Source: Candidatus Micrarchaeota archaeon
GTDB taxonomy: Archaea; Micrarchaeota; Micrarchaeia; Anstonellales; Bilamarchaeaceae
Reading direction: 5' to 3'
DNA: 64,000 bases
NCBI GenBank assembly: GCA_038046805.1
Contig: JBBSVO010000004.1
Span: 32,001-96,000, forward strand
Each line of letters starts with the position of its first letter. Position 1 is the stretch's first letter. The translations under genes and the position numbers were made by a program. Below, piece after piece: positions 1-9,651 of the stretch. The notes beneath the pieces are model-generated. The model was not told the origin of the DNA. It saw only the letters and a list, made by a program, of their open reading frames with translations, and made no database searches.

Positions 1-32
1 GGTTTAAAAAGGTTTGATAAACCGTTATTTCC

Positions 33-740
33 ATGTTCCTTATAGATTCCCATTGCCATCTTGAATCGTTAAAGGCATACCTTCCTTCCGAGAATGTTTT
101 ACCCATCACGTGCGGTTACTCTCATATATCTAATTTGAAGAATCTTGAAATTGCACGAAGGTTCAGGCTTCCTTTTTGCCTTGGTATCGCGCCACAAACA
201 GCGATAAAACAGGGAACAACCAAGCTTGAAGAATGGTGCGAAACGATTCGAAAAAATAAACCAAATGCAATCGGAGAGATCGGTCTTGATTATCACTGGG
301 CAGAAAACGATGCACATATTGCAAGTGAACGGATTGTTTTTGACAGGATGATCTCTCTTGCTGAAGAAATGGAATTACCAGTTGTTATTCATTCCCGCAA
401 GGCAGAGAACGATGCTCTTTTGGAATTGAAAAAAAGAAAATTTGAAAACGGGATAATGATGCATTTCTTTTCCGGAACTGTAAAAGATGCAGAACTTGCT
501 CTTTCTATGGGCGCTATTATTTCTGTCATTTGCCTGCATTCAAAGTCCCGCAAGGACGTGATTAAGCTTGCGCCGTTGGAATCCCTTGTTATAGAAACAG
601 ATGCTCCTTATGTTGGAAGAAAGCCAGAAGATGTAATCGAAGCTGCGAAATATGTCGCAGAAGTCAAGGGCCTGGATGTTGAAATTGTCGCGAACCAGAC
701 TGCAAAGAATGCTGCCAAGTTTTTTAAGATAAAGCTATGA
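33..740 (+). CDS. tatD: TatD-family hydrolase/DNase
   Basis: IDSHCHL, AIGEIGLDY, IHSR, MHFFSG and IETDAPY motifs. Confidence 0.93.
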   Translation: MFLIDSHCHLESLKAYLPSENVLPITCGYSHISNLKNLEIARRFRLPFCLGIAPQTAIKQGTTKLEEWCETIRKNKPNAIGEIGLDYHWAENDAHIASERIVFDRMISLAEEMELPVVIHSRKAENDALLELKKRKFENGIMMHFFSGTVKDAELALSMGAIISVICLHSKSRKDVIKLAPLESLVIETDAPYVGRKPEDVIEAAKYVAEVKGLDVEIVANQTAKNAAKFFKIKL

Positions 741-756
741 AATATCTTTGGTTGTT

Positions 757-1251
757 ATGGGTATTTTTGACAAGATTTTTAAAAAAGAAAAACCAGATAT
801 TGCAATTCTCGTTGATGGACCGAACATTATCCGAAAATCATTCGGTATAGATTTGGCCGAAGTCAAACGTGAGGTTTCCAAGTATGGGAATATTCGCGTA
901 GCTAAGGTTTATCTTGATCAGTATGCTTCAGATAAATTAATTGAGGCAATGGTTAATCAGGGATTTGAGACTAAAACCACTACGGGTGACGTAGACGTTA
1001 CAATGGCAATTGAAGGAATGGAACTTGTTCTTGATCCAAACATAGATATTCTTGCTTTTATGACACGGGATACTGATTATCTTCCAGTTTTGGTAAAAGC
1101 AAAGGCACGCGGTAAGAAAACAATGATAATCGCAACAGATTTTGGTTTTAGCGCAGCTCTTAGAAATTCTGCAGATACTGTTCTTCTTGTGAAAGGAAGA
1201 GGAATTGTTGAAAAAACCGAGAATCAGTCTGAGGTGTCTAAATCACTGTAA
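757..1251 (+). CDS. NYN-domain protein (LabA/DUF88-like)
   Basis: LVDGPN, GDVDV and TRDTDY acidic motifs; ATG at 757 preferred to TTG at 748. Confidence 0.85.
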   Translation: MGIFDKIFKKEKPDIAILVDGPNIIRKSFGIDLAEVKREVSKYGNIRVAKVYLDQYASDKLIEAMVNQGFETKTTTGDVDVTMAIEGMELVLDPNIDILAFMTRDTDYLPVLVKAKARGKKTMIIATDFGFSAALRNSADTVLLVKGRGIVEKTENQSEVSKSL

Positions 1252-1787
1252 GCTACACAACCAAATCTTCTTCTTGCCATCCTTTTTGTCTTCGCTGCGG
1301 GAATTGTTGCACTAGATTCGGCGTTTGTGTTACTCCTTTTGACATTGAACGAATAAAGAAAGAAACGGGTCTGAAACCAGAGGAATTTCTTGATATTGTT
1401 CCTGATTTTCCAAATCGAGAGAGAAAAGAGCCTGCGATTCTGATAGATGGAAAACCTTTCATCCTTGTCCTAAAAAGAAAGCGGAAACAGGACGAAATTT
1501 GCAATTTTTATTCTGAAGACGGACAGGGTTGCATGATTTACGATTCAAGGCCAATGCTCTGCAGAACATATCCGTTTATCGTGCGGAACAACAAACTTTT
1601 GGACGTAAATTCTCGTGCGTGTGTTGAATGCTGGTATCCAGGTAGCCCAGACAAAGAGCAATATCTGGTCGACCTTAAGATATACGGGCGGAACATCTCC
1701 AAATACAAAAAAATCGCGGAAAAATGGAACAAAAAAGGCGGGGGTAGTTTCAAGGAGTTTTTGAGGTTTATCTCAAAGGATAAGTAA
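1242..1787 (+). CDS. YkgJ-family (CxxCxxCC) cysteine-cluster protein, probable ATC start
   Basis: Frame is open from TAA(1239) to 1787 and contains CLRCGNCC ... CNFY...GCMIYDSRPMLCRTYPF. No ATG/GTG/TTG precedes the cluster. GAGGTG RBS at 1231-1236 lies before ATC 1242. Confidence 0.85.
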   Translation: MTVSYTTKSSSCHPFCLRCGNCCTRFGVCVTPFDIERIKKETGLKPEEFLDIVPDFPNRERKEPAILIDGKPFILVLKRKRKQDEICNFYSEDGQGCMIYDSRPMLCRTYPFIVRNNKLLDVNSRACVECWYPGSPDKEQYLVDLKIYGRNISKYKKIAEKWNKKGGGSFKEFLRFISKDK

Positions 1788-1797
1788 AATTTCAGTC

Positions 1798-1819
1798 AAT
1801 TATTCCATATGGAATAATT
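1798..1819. promoter_or_regulatory. Perfect 22-bp palindrome upstream of the metK promoter
   Basis: AATTATTCCATATGGAATAATT, ~12 bp upstream of a TTTATAAATA TATA box. Confidence 0.4.
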
Positions 1820-1869
1820 CTTTCAACACTATTTATAAATATAGAATGAGTTAGTCAACTGGTGGTATA

Positions 1870-3027
1870 ATGTCTTCTAAAAACTATTTGTTTACGTCAG
1901 AATCAGTAACAGAAGGTCATCCGGATAAGATATGTGATCAGATATCAGATTCGGTTCTTGACGAGCTTATAAAACAGGATCCAAAATCAAGAGTAGCTGT
2001 TGAAACAGCAGTTACTACAGGATTGGCTGTTGTAATGGGCGAAGTAACTACAAAAGGATATGTGGAAATTCAGCAGGTTGCAAGGGACGTAATACGGGAT
2101 ATCGGTTACACTTCTCCAGAATATCAATTCGATTATCAATCATGCGGCGTACTTGTTTCTATTCATGCGCAATCCCCGGATATCGCACAAGGTGTGAACG
2201 ACGTACAACACGAGCAAGGTGCTGGTGATCAGGGGATTATGTTTGGCTATGCGAATAACGAAACTCCAGAGCTTATGCCATTGCCGATTATGCTGGCGCA
2301 CAAAATGGCACATAAGCTTTCAGAAGTAAGAAAGAACAAAATCCTGCCTTATCTCAGACCAGATGGGAAGACGCAAGTTACTGTGGAGTACATAGATCAT
2401 AAAGCAGTTCGGGTTCATACAGTTGTTATTGCTGCGCAGCACGATCCAAACATTACCCAGGAAAAAATCAAGGAAGATATTCTTCAGTGCGTCATAAAAC
2501 CCGTTTGTGGCAATCTTTTGGACGATAAAACAGTTATTCATGTTAATGGAACAGGAAAATTCGTTATTGGTGGGCCAGCAGGAGATACTGGTGTAACCGG
2601 AAGAAAAATTATTGTTGATACCTATGGTGGGCGTGGCCACCATGGTGGGGGGTGTTTCTCAGGTAAAGATCCTTCCAAGGTTGATCGTTCTGGCGCGTAT
2701 ATGGCACGATATGTTGCAAAAAACATTGTCGCAGCCGGCCTAGCAGATCAGTGCGAAGTTCAAATTTCATACGTAATAGGGGTTGCAAAGCCGCTTTCCG
2801 TATTTGTTGACACGCGCGGAACCGCAAAGATTCCGGTTGAAAAAATCCAGGATTTGATACTTAAACATTTTTCATTCAAGCCCGCAGATATGGTTAAGCG
2901 ACTCGATCTTCTCCGTCCGATTTACAAGAAAACCGCGGCTTATGGCCATTTTGGAAGAAATGATCCAGACTTCACATGGGAGAAAACAGATGTAGCCGAT
3001 GTTTTGAGAAAAGAGGCTTATTTGTAA
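1870..3027 (+). CDS. metK: S-adenosylmethionine synthetase, bacterial/eukaryotic type
   Basis: [44 protein letters not shown]. Confidence 0.97.
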   Translation: MSSKNYLFTSESVTEGHPDKICDQISDSVLDELIKQDPKSRVAVETAVTTGLAVVMGEVTTKGYVEIQQVARDVIRDIGYTSPEYQFDYQSCGVLVSIHAQSPDIAQGVNDVQHEQGAGDQGIMFGYANNETPELMPLPIMLAHKMAHKLSEVRKNKILPYLRPDGKTQVTVEYIDHKAVRVHTVVIAAQHDPNITQEKIKEDILQCVIKPVCGNLLDDKTVIHVNGTGKFVIGGPAGDTGVTGRKIIVDTYGGRGHHGGGCFSGKDPSKVDRSGAYMARYVAKNIVAAGLADQCEVQISYVIGVAKPLSVFVDTRGTAKIPVEKIQDLILKHFSFKPADMVKRLDLLRPIYKKTAAYGHFGRNDPDFTWEKTDVADVLRKEAYL

Positions 3028-3173
3028 TATTTCCTGGTAGCATCACCAGCGTCTGTGTTTTTAAACATTGATTATTAGAATATACCTGTTAATCAAATCG
3101 GTTGACTTTTGAGTGGCTATTTGTTTGATTTAATCAAACCACGAGTTCACTCGATAAATATGAGGTGTATACA

Positions 3174-3320
3174 ATGGGATATGAAGATAGAGGCGGAGAC
3201 AGAACAATGTACGATGCAGTTTGTGCAAAGTGCGGTCAAGCTTGTCAAGTGCCATTTAAACCTACCGAAGGTAGGCCGGTTCATTGCAGAGCTTGTTATA
3301 AACCAAGACCAAGATTCTAA
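3174..3320 (+). CDS. Small CxxC-x17-CxxC zinc-ribbon protein (48 aa, not in the ORF track)
   Basis: MGYEDRGGDRTMYDAVCAKCGQACQVPFKPTEGRPVHCRACYKPRPRF; GAGGTG RBS at 3162-3167. Confidence 0.9.
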   Translation: MGYEDRGGDRTMYDAVCAKCGQACQVPFKPTEGRPVHCRACYKPRPRF

Positions 3321-3423
3321 TAATTAACAAATGTTGTTATTGGAATTTCTTTTGTTTTTTATTTATTTTTTCATGCTAGTTTTTAAAAAGTGAATTTAAA
3401 AAGATAATATACGAATCGAACTC

Positions 3424-3846
3424 ATGTTGTCTAGCAAAACGCAAATCAGACTCGATTATCTTCTTGTAGTTTTTGTATCATCGCTTGTGTCGGCCTTGAT
3501 TCTAATGCTCGTTAATTGGTCAACTGGAATCTATTTGCTTTCTACAGGGAACGGTTATTGGATTGCACTTGTTCTATTTTCGTTTTTTTCATTTCTTATT
3601 TCAATTTATGTTTACAAATTCACGAAAGATGATGTCGGCAGTTTGTCTGTGGCGTTTTTCCTGTTTCTTCTAGGAATATACCTCTTAATGACGTACTTAA
3701 GCGAGCTATCTGGCTACAATTCATCCGGAGCAAACATGTTCTCAACTATATGGTCCAACCTATTCTCCACAATTGTTTTTGCCTTTTTGCTGTATGCGAT
3801 GTTTGGGTTGAAGAATCTCCTCGTGAGGCCAATTAAGAAAAGTTAA
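3424..3846 (+). CDS. Hypothetical membrane protein (~4 TM)
   Basis: Four hydrophobic stretches. Confidence 0.7.
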   Translation: MLSSKTQIRLDYLLVVFVSSLVSALILMLVNWSTGIYLLSTGNGYWIALVLFSFFSFLISIYVYKFTKDDVGSLSVAFFLFLLGIYLLMTYLSELSGYNSSGANMFSTIWSNLFSTIVFAFLLYAMFGLKNLLVRPIKKS

Positions 3847-3871
3847 AATAGTTTGAGGGATAACTGAAAAC

Positions 3872-5065
3872 ATGAAAAATACTTATTTGTTAGTTGTTCT
3901 TTTTGTTGCTTTTGTTCTTGTTGTTGGTTGTGTGCAGCAGCAAACTAATGTATCTGATAATATTTCAGATAAACTAAGTACGAAAACTGAACAAAAAGCA
4001 GAACAAAATTCAGTCGCTGAACTAGTTCTAGATAATCAAAGTACGAATTATAGTAAAAATGACTCGATAAATGTCATGTCCGACAAAGCCCCGGAAAAAA
4101 ATGAAACAAAAAAAACCGTTGAGTTGCAAAAAGGCGTAGCGGATCCTTATATTGAAGTAGATACGTACGTGCCCGATAAAGCTTGGATTGGTTATACATT
4201 ATTTCCAGATAATCACGATCCGGCCAATCCACGGGTTCTAGAAGTAAATATGCTTGGCGAAGTCGTCTGGGAATACAATCTTCCTGTGGAATTCAGTGGA
4301 TATACTAATCCTGGTTTTGATGTTGAATTGCTATCGAATAACAATATTCAGATAGTTGTACCGCGCAAGGGGATTTTTGAGGTCGACAAATCTGGGAATA
4401 TCGTTTGGCAATATAGAACTGAAAAGGTATCTCATGATGCAGATAGACTGCCTAATGGGAACATACTGTTTGCATTTGGTAACGAGGATAAAATAACTGA
4501 TGCCCAGGTAAAGGAAGTAACTCCAGAAGGAGAGGTAGTCTGGGCATGGTATGCAAAAGACGAATATGATAAATCGCCTTACAAAGAGATTTCCAAACAA
4601 GGCTGGACGCATACAAACGCAGTATTGAGAATGGATAATGGAGATACGCTCATTAGTCCAAGGAATTTTAACATGCTAATCGAAGTGGATAAGGCAGGCA
4701 AGATTGTCAAAACAATCGGCAATGGTTTAATGAAATACCAACACGACCCGGTTTTTTTATCTAATGGGAATTTATTATTTGCGAATCATGACAAACCTAA
4801 CGAAGTGATAGAAATAGATCCGAATACAACTGAGGTTATCTGGAAGTTCACCATAAGTAAGCCATCTATGGCACCTGTAAGAGATGTGAACAGGTTGCCT
4901 AACGGAAACACATTGATAACCGGTTCTAGTGCGCTTATAGAGGTTACACCCGATGGTGAGATTGTCTGGCGTCTGAAACTCAAGAACGTTGAGCTTACTC
5001 AAAGCACAGCATCACAAAAAGGTTTTTACAAGGCCGAAAGGATTGAAAAAATAATTGGAGATTAA
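3872..5065 (+). CDS. Aryl-sulfate sulfotransferase-like beta-propeller lipoprotein
   Basis: Lipobox VVGC; SHDADRLPNGNIL, WTHTNAV, ISPRN, QHDP and repeated GEVVW blades. Confidence 0.75.
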   Translation: MKNTYLLVVLFVAFVLVVGCVQQQTNVSDNISDKLSTKTEQKAEQNSVAELVLDNQSTNYSKNDSINVMSDKAPEKNETKKTVELQKGVADPYIEVDTYVPDKAWIGYTLFPDNHDPANPRVLEVNMLGEVVWEYNLPVEFSGYTNPGFDVELLSNNNIQIVVPRKGIFEVDKSGNIVWQYRTEKVSHDADRLPNGNILFAFGNEDKITDAQVKEVTPEGEVVWAWYAKDEYDKSPYKEISKQGWTHTNAVLRMDNGDTLISPRNFNMLIEVDKAGKIVKTIGNGLMKYQHDPVFLSNGNLLFANHDKPNEVIEIDPNTTEVIWKFTISKPSMAPVRDVNRLPNGNTLITGSSALIEVTPDGEIVWRLKLKNVELTQSTASQKGFYKAERIEKIIGD

Positions 5066-5105
5066 TCAGCATATTTAAATAACAAATTATAGACAATGTT
5101 AGTTA

Positions 5106-5474
5106 ATGACTTTTAAGATAGAAGGTTATCGTAGATCATATTCTTCTAGTACTACGCGACAGCATAAGATAGAACAGAATGGTATGTTCGCATCTAAAGA
5201 ATTCTCCAAGCTAAGAGAACCAAAATGGACGTGCAGCCAGATTAGAGGCGCGCTAGATGATTTTGTAAGAAGGGATTTTCACATACCTTTAGATTCTCGG
5301 TCAGAAGTTGCATTTGGTAAACATTTAACGGATTGCAGAAGTTGTAGCTCCTTAATTCCAAAAGTAATTAATAAAATTCAAAATCCTGGGGTTCCGTTTA
5401 CGACGGTTGCACCAGACGCAGATGAACAAGAGAAAAGAATACGCCTAATAATCAAAACTCTTTTTGTAAAGTAA
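5106..5474 (+). CDS. Orphan protein with zf-HC2/ZAS anti-sigma-like zinc finger
   Basis: C43-SQIRGALDDF...H73-LTD-C77-RS-C80. Confidence 0.55.
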   Translation: MTFKIEGYRRSYSSSTTRQHKIEQNGMFASKEFSKLREPKWTCSQIRGALDDFVRRDFHIPLDSRSEVAFGKHLTDCRSCSSLIPKVINKIQNPGVPFTTVAPDADEQEKRIRLIIKTLFVK

Positions 5475-5523
5475 CTTCGATCTAAGATCGTATTTAAAAA
5501 GTTGTTCCGTCTAATTTATTTTG

Positions 5524-7119
5524 ATGGACTCAATTTACGAAGAATTCAACAAGAAATGGAAAACCGTTTCAAAATTAGTGCTCGGAGAAGAGGTAGGCGA
5601 GCTTGCTGATTTCGAGAAATGGCTGATGGGAACCAGCAGGGCTGCGCTTGAGCGGAAATCCACCATTTCCGGAAAGAGCGTGAGATTCGTATTGCCTTAT
5701 TATTCTGATTCTGCAAAGTTCGCGTCGCTCGACGAGGTAGATTTGCTCAAAAAATTTGATCCCCTGGATATAAATGAGATCAAAGACCTTGACAGCATTA
5801 TTGAAGCGGTAAAGGAACGCGTTATTTATACGGGTAGTGTTCATCTTGGGGAATGCAAATTTTTATCTGAAAGCACAGATATTGTTTCTTCATCTTATGT
5901 CTACAAATCTGCGCAAGTGGCGTATTCCAAATGGATTGCGTATGGCTATAACATGGAAAATTGCGAATATCTTTTTGGATGCCAGAATACTGGATATGGC
6001 ACCCAGTTTTCAATTAAATGTAGTGGTGCAGACACGCAGGTAAGGTGCCTGCAAAACCATTCGACAAGTAAATGCCAGGATTGCTACTTTTCCAACTCAC
6101 TTATTGGTGCTAAAAACTGCTTATTCTCATTTGGACTTAGGAATGCAGCTTATTGTGTTGGGAATCTACAATTATCCCCTGAAGAATATGCCCGGATTAA
6201 AAAGAAGCTTTTGGAAGATGTTGTGGATGATCTCAAGAGAAAGAAAACCCTTCCTGAGCTTGAAGATTTCTTTGTGTCATTTGAGCCAAACCTTACAAAA
6301 GGCAGGGCAATCCTTTCAAAGCCAAAAGAGCCGGAGAAATTAGACAAGGAGATTATCGAGGATGCGTTCCGGAAAACAACAAAAATCGTGTTTGGGAAAG
6401 AACTTTCCGGGCTGGACCGATATGGTTCGTGGCTGAAACAGCATACGCGCGATCTGAAAATTTGCAAATCGGTTTTATCCGGAGCGCGGATCATTGTTCC
6501 GGATTACTCAAACCTTTATCATTATCCTGAGAATCGGTTCGTGACTGAGGATGAAATCCTGTTGGTTGGGAAAAATCTTGCCATTGAAAAGGAGAAGCTT
6601 GCTGGTTTTAGCCTGAAAACAGCTGGCGAAATTGTAAATAATGTTGCGTTTTTTTGCGGAGCTGAGAATTGCGGAGTTTTAAAGAACAATATTGACAGCG
6701 AAATTAACATATCCTGCCAAAATTTTTATAAGAGCATTCTCAATGTTCAATGCAGGTTTGGTGCATTCAATTTCCATGGTCTTGAGTCAGAGTATTTGTT
6801 TGGAACGTATACTCTTCGCAGATCTTCCTTTTGCATAAGATGTTATCTGTCTGAAAATCTTACCCGTTGCTTTGAGGTCGATTCGTCCCGCTCCTGTGCG
6901 GACGCGTATTTCTGCCATAATTGCGAGAATGTCCGTGAGAGCATGTTCTGCTTTAATACTAAAAACAAGACTTATGCAATTGGTAATGTGGAATTGCCCA
7001 GAGAAGAATACCTGAAAATCAAGAGAAAAGTTTTGGATGGGATTGTGAATACGCTTGAAAGAGATGGGGCGTATAAGTTGGATGTATTTAATTTGGTTGA
7101 GAATGGTAAAGCGAAATAA
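5524..7119 (+). CDS. Cys/Ser-rich repeat protein with internal duplication, function unknown
   Basis: Two homologous halves ending YCVGNLQLSPEEYARIKKKLL and YAIGNVELPREEYLKIKRKVL; short C/S/Y/F repeats. Confidence 0.8.
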   Translation: MDSIYEEFNKKWKTVSKLVLGEEVGELADFEKWLMGTSRAALERKSTISGKSVRFVLPYYSDSAKFASLDEVDLLKKFDPLDINEIKDLDSIIEAVKERVIYTGSVHLGECKFLSESTDIVSSSYVYKSAQVAYSKWIAYGYNMENCEYLFGCQNTGYGTQFSIKCSGADTQVRCLQNHSTSKCQDCYFSNSLIGAKNCLFSFGLRNAAYCVGNLQLSPEEYARIKKKLLEDVVDDLKRKKTLPELEDFFVSFEPNLTKGRAILSKPKEPEKLDKEIIEDAFRKTTKIVFGKELSGLDRYGSWLKQHTRDLKICKSVLSGARIIVPDYSNLYHYPENRFVTEDEILLVGKNLAIEKEKLAGFSLKTAGEIVNNVAFFCGAENCGVLKNNIDSEINISCQNFYKSILNVQCRFGAFNFHGLESEYLFGTYTLRRSSFCIRCYLSENLTRCFEVDSSRSCADAYFCHNCENVRESMFCFNTKNKTYAIGNVELPREEYLKIKRKVLDGIVNTLERDGAYKLDVFNLVENGKAK

Positions 7120-7138
7120 GTTTGAGAAAAGACGAGAA

Positions 7139-7534
7139 TTATTGTTGTGAAATTCCTTCCATATATCGTATAAGTGCCTTGACCGTTACATTCACATAAG
7201 CTATCCCTAAACCCGCTCCCCTGGCATTTCTATTTTCAACAGTCATAACTTTGCCAGTTGCTGGATCACGTACTGGGGTATCACCAAAACAAATATCTAA
7301 GTTATGGCTTGATGCCTTTCCATTCGATCGCAAGTCAAATCCGAACTTCTTTAGCTCGCGTCTCCAGTCGTTGTCGCTTAGTCCGCCTCTAATTCTAAAT
7401 GCACGTAATCTTGTCAATGTTTCAGCAGCTCTTGTTCGGTCTATACCTTCTAATCTTGGTGCTTGACCTGTTCTTGGCGGCGTAGGTAAGGATCTCGATC
7501 CGAATCCAGATACTGGATGTTGCTTATGTGTCAT
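7139..7534 (-). CDS. Orphan protein, possible HicA-like RNase fold
   Basis: RELKKFGFDLRSNGKASSH resembles the HicA L..GF......GSH pattern; Pro/Arg-rich N-tail. Confidence 0.45.
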   Translation of the reverse strand: MTHKQHPVSGFGSRSLPTPPRTGQAPRLEGIDRTRAAETLTRLRAFRIRGGLSDNDWRRELKKFGFDLRSNGKASSHNLDICFGDTPVRDPATGKVMTVENRNARGAGLGIAYVNVTVKALIRYMEGISQQ

Positions 7535-7606
7535 GTATATCTTTCATAACTATTTATTGCAACATTTTAAATATTCGATTTGGTTGAATAAGGCGAAATA
7601 ACAAAA

Positions 7607-7632
7607 GGTATATAAACATATACGTATATGTT
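7607..7632 (+). promoter_or_regulatory. TATA box plus 18-bp palindromic operator of the vapBC operon
   Basis: GGTATATAAA overlapping the perfect palindrome AACATATACGTATATGTT (7615-7632), just before the antitoxin ATG. Confidence 0.65.
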
Positions 7633-7638
7633 AATAAC

Positions 7639-7884
7639 ATGAGCCACTTGGTAAATATTTCTGACGAAGTCTACGACGAACTAACAATGCTTAAAAAAAT
7701 GAAGAGTGCCAGTTATACAAAAGTAATTGACGACCTGCTTCATCGCCTACGCGAATTAAACAAAACAATTGACTGGGAAACCATGATTTCCAAGGCAAAA
7801 GTCCGTGATGCGAAATTCAAAGGCAAAAAAGAAAAAATCGATTATGATCTTATAGCATACGGTGTTTCTCGTGATCGTTCTTGA
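7639..7884 (+). CDS. VapB-family antitoxin
   Basis: VNISDEVYDELTMLK...SYTKVIDDLL; overlaps the PIN gene. Confidence 0.8.
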   Translation: MSHLVNISDEVYDELTMLKKMKSASYTKVIDDLLHRLRELNKTIDWETMISKAKVRDAKFKGKKEKIDYDLIAYGVSRDRS

Positions 7885-8254
7885 TACCTCGTTTTTGGTT
7901 TCGTTTTATCTTACGCAGGACGAGAATCACGAGAATGCATTAAAACTTGCAGAAGAAAATCGTTCAGAAACAATGCTTCTTTCAGAGGTAATTCTATTTG
8001 AAACACTCGCGGTGCTGAACTACAAGGGCGGATTGCAGCTAGCAAAGGAAGCGTATGACGAATTAATGGCTAACAAGCAAATAAGGTTTTTTCATTTTAC
8101 CGAGTTAGAGAAGGACGAAATTACGGAATCATTTTTCCAGCAAACAACCAAGTTAAGTTTTCAAGATGTTTCAGTAGTTTATTTGGCCAAAAAAAGCAAG
8201 TCAAAGGTTTTGGCATTTGATGATAAAATTTTGAAAGAGATAGGTCACGAATAG
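7871..8254 (+). CDS. vapC: VapC PIN-domain toxin
   Basis: MIVLDTSFL, E, LSFQD and LAFD acidic residues; GTG start at 7871. Confidence 0.9.
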   Translation: MIVLDTSFLVSFYLTQDENHENALKLAEENRSETMLLSEVILFETLAVLNYKGGLQLAKEAYDELMANKQIRFFHFTELEKDEITESFFQQTTKLSFQDVSVVYLAKKSKSKVLAFDDKILKEIGHE

Positions 8255-8345
8255 TATTAGAAATGATAAAAGAGATTGAGAAATAGCTGGCGAGCGAAAA
8301 CAAAACATTTAAATGTATGTTTTATGTACATACTATGTGGGTGAT

Positions 8346-8657
8346 ATGATGATTTTAAATATGAATCTTGCGGGTCTTCCCGAAGATGTAGTAAACGAAT
8401 TAGTTCATCGGGGTATAGCGAGTAATAAGTCAGAAGCGATTCGACTTATGATATTACACTATAATGAACATTATGGGATAAAACCGATAAACCAACTAAA
8501 AAATGAAGACGATGAAGAAAAAGCATGGCAGATGGTTTCCGAACAATCGTTATCCGAGGCATTGGATAATTCAAAGGATCAGGAAGCGGCGAAGTGGTAC
8601 GAGGAGCAATTTAAGAGAGGTGCGTACGATGAACTCAATAAATCCAAGAAGAAATGA
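8346..8657 (+). CDS. Putative ribbon-helix-helix antitoxin
   Basis: VNELVHRGIASNKSEAIRLMI; GGTGAT RBS; overlaps the MazF-like gene. Confidence 0.7.
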   Translation: MMILNMNLAGLPEDVVNELVHRGIASNKSEAIRLMILHYNEHYGIKPINQLKNEDDEEKAWQMVSEQSLSEALDNSKDQEAAKWYEEQFKRGAYDELNKSKKK

Positions 8658-8973
8658 CCTCTACTTTGTCGAGATTCCGTATGTTGATGCGAACAAGTCA
8701 AAGGATAGGCCTGCGATAATACTGTCGAGGAACAATTACAATGAAAAAGAGCCGGATGTAATCGTTTGCGGAATAACAACAAATCTCGGTCATCCATGGC
8801 TTATCTGTATAGAGGATAAAGATTTAGAACAGGGTAAACTATTTGATAAAAGCGGCGTACGGGTTGATACGATAAGCCGCGTTCATAAAAGCGCCTTGAA
8901 ATTTAAGGTCGGTAAAGTTACTGACGAATTTCATAAGAGGTTATTGGATAGGATTAACGAGCTGATAGGATAG
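8629..8973 (+). CDS. PemK/MazF-family toxin
   Basis: DLYFVEIPY...KDRPAIILS...VIVCGITT; GAGGTG RBS before ATG 8629. Confidence 0.85.
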   Translation: MNSINPRRNDLYFVEIPYVDANKSKDRPAIILSRNNYNEKEPDVIVCGITTNLGHPWLICIEDKDLEQGKLFDKSGVRVDTISRVHKSALKFKVGKVTDEFHKRLLDRINELIG

Positions 8974-9075
8974 TTTGAGAAATGATAGGAGAGATTGAGA
9001 AATCCGCTTTCGAACGCGGGAAGACGGGACGCGAGACGAGAGGATAGAAAGGACTGAGAAGAGACTGGTGGAATA

Positions 9076-9651
9076 ATGAATGTTGAAGATTTAAGATTAT
9101 TTCAAAAAGATTCAGAACAATCTTTTATGCTCAAATTTGAAAATGCAAAAAAAGAAAACGACGAAAAGCATGGAGATTTTTTTATTGAACTACACGGGCG
9201 CGTACTCGGGTTTGAGGTTTATACTCCAGAAGAGAATTTGAGTATCTCCACAAAAAAGTTGAAGGTTGAAACAAAAAATTTTATTAAAGATGTAATTGGA
9301 CGTGTAGTTGGGGAATCATTTGGCGGCGGGCTTTCTCCAAATCGTTTCAGTGAATCTATCGAACGAGCACTTGCAAACAAAGCACATCAGTTTGATAATA
9401 AAACAGACTACCCGAAGATTTTGATAATAAACTGTTATTCTCCAAATTCATTTAATTCGGTTTCGTCTTTTAGTTCCGAGTGGACTACCGAACCAAAGAT
9501 AAACAATTCATACTGTTCTGCAATTTTTGTATCTGGCGGATTTCAAAATCATTATATCCGAAATCCATGCGCACAATTTCCATTAAAAAAAGATGAGCAC
9601 GAATTTGTTTTAGCTCAATTAAATAAACACCCTCTCAGTAAACCCAAATAA
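9076..9651 (+). CDS. Hypothetical protein, possibly degenerate PD-(D/E)xK fold
   Basis: GDFFIE...GFEV pattern; GGTGG RBS. Confidence 0.5.
   Translation: MNVEDLRLFQKDSEQSFMLKFENAKKENDEKHGDFFIELHGRVLGFEVYTPEENLSISTKKLKVETKNFIKDVIGRVVGESFGGGLSPNRFSESIERALANKAHQFDNKTDYPKILIINCYSPNSFNSVSSFSSEWTTEPKINNSYCSAIFVSGGFQNHYIRNPCAQFPLKKDEHEFVLAQLNKHPLSKPK

Noticed and set aside
1253..1504. Minus-strand 83-aa ORF
   Set aside because: Antisense to the N-terminal half of the YkgJ gene
3109..3327. 72-aa ORF from the track
   Set aside because: Shadow of the 48-aa CxxC-x17-CxxC gene in another frame, which has an RBS and a family motif
8251..9003. Integron attC sites
   Set aside because: The repeats lack R/L box inverted structure and no integron integrase is present
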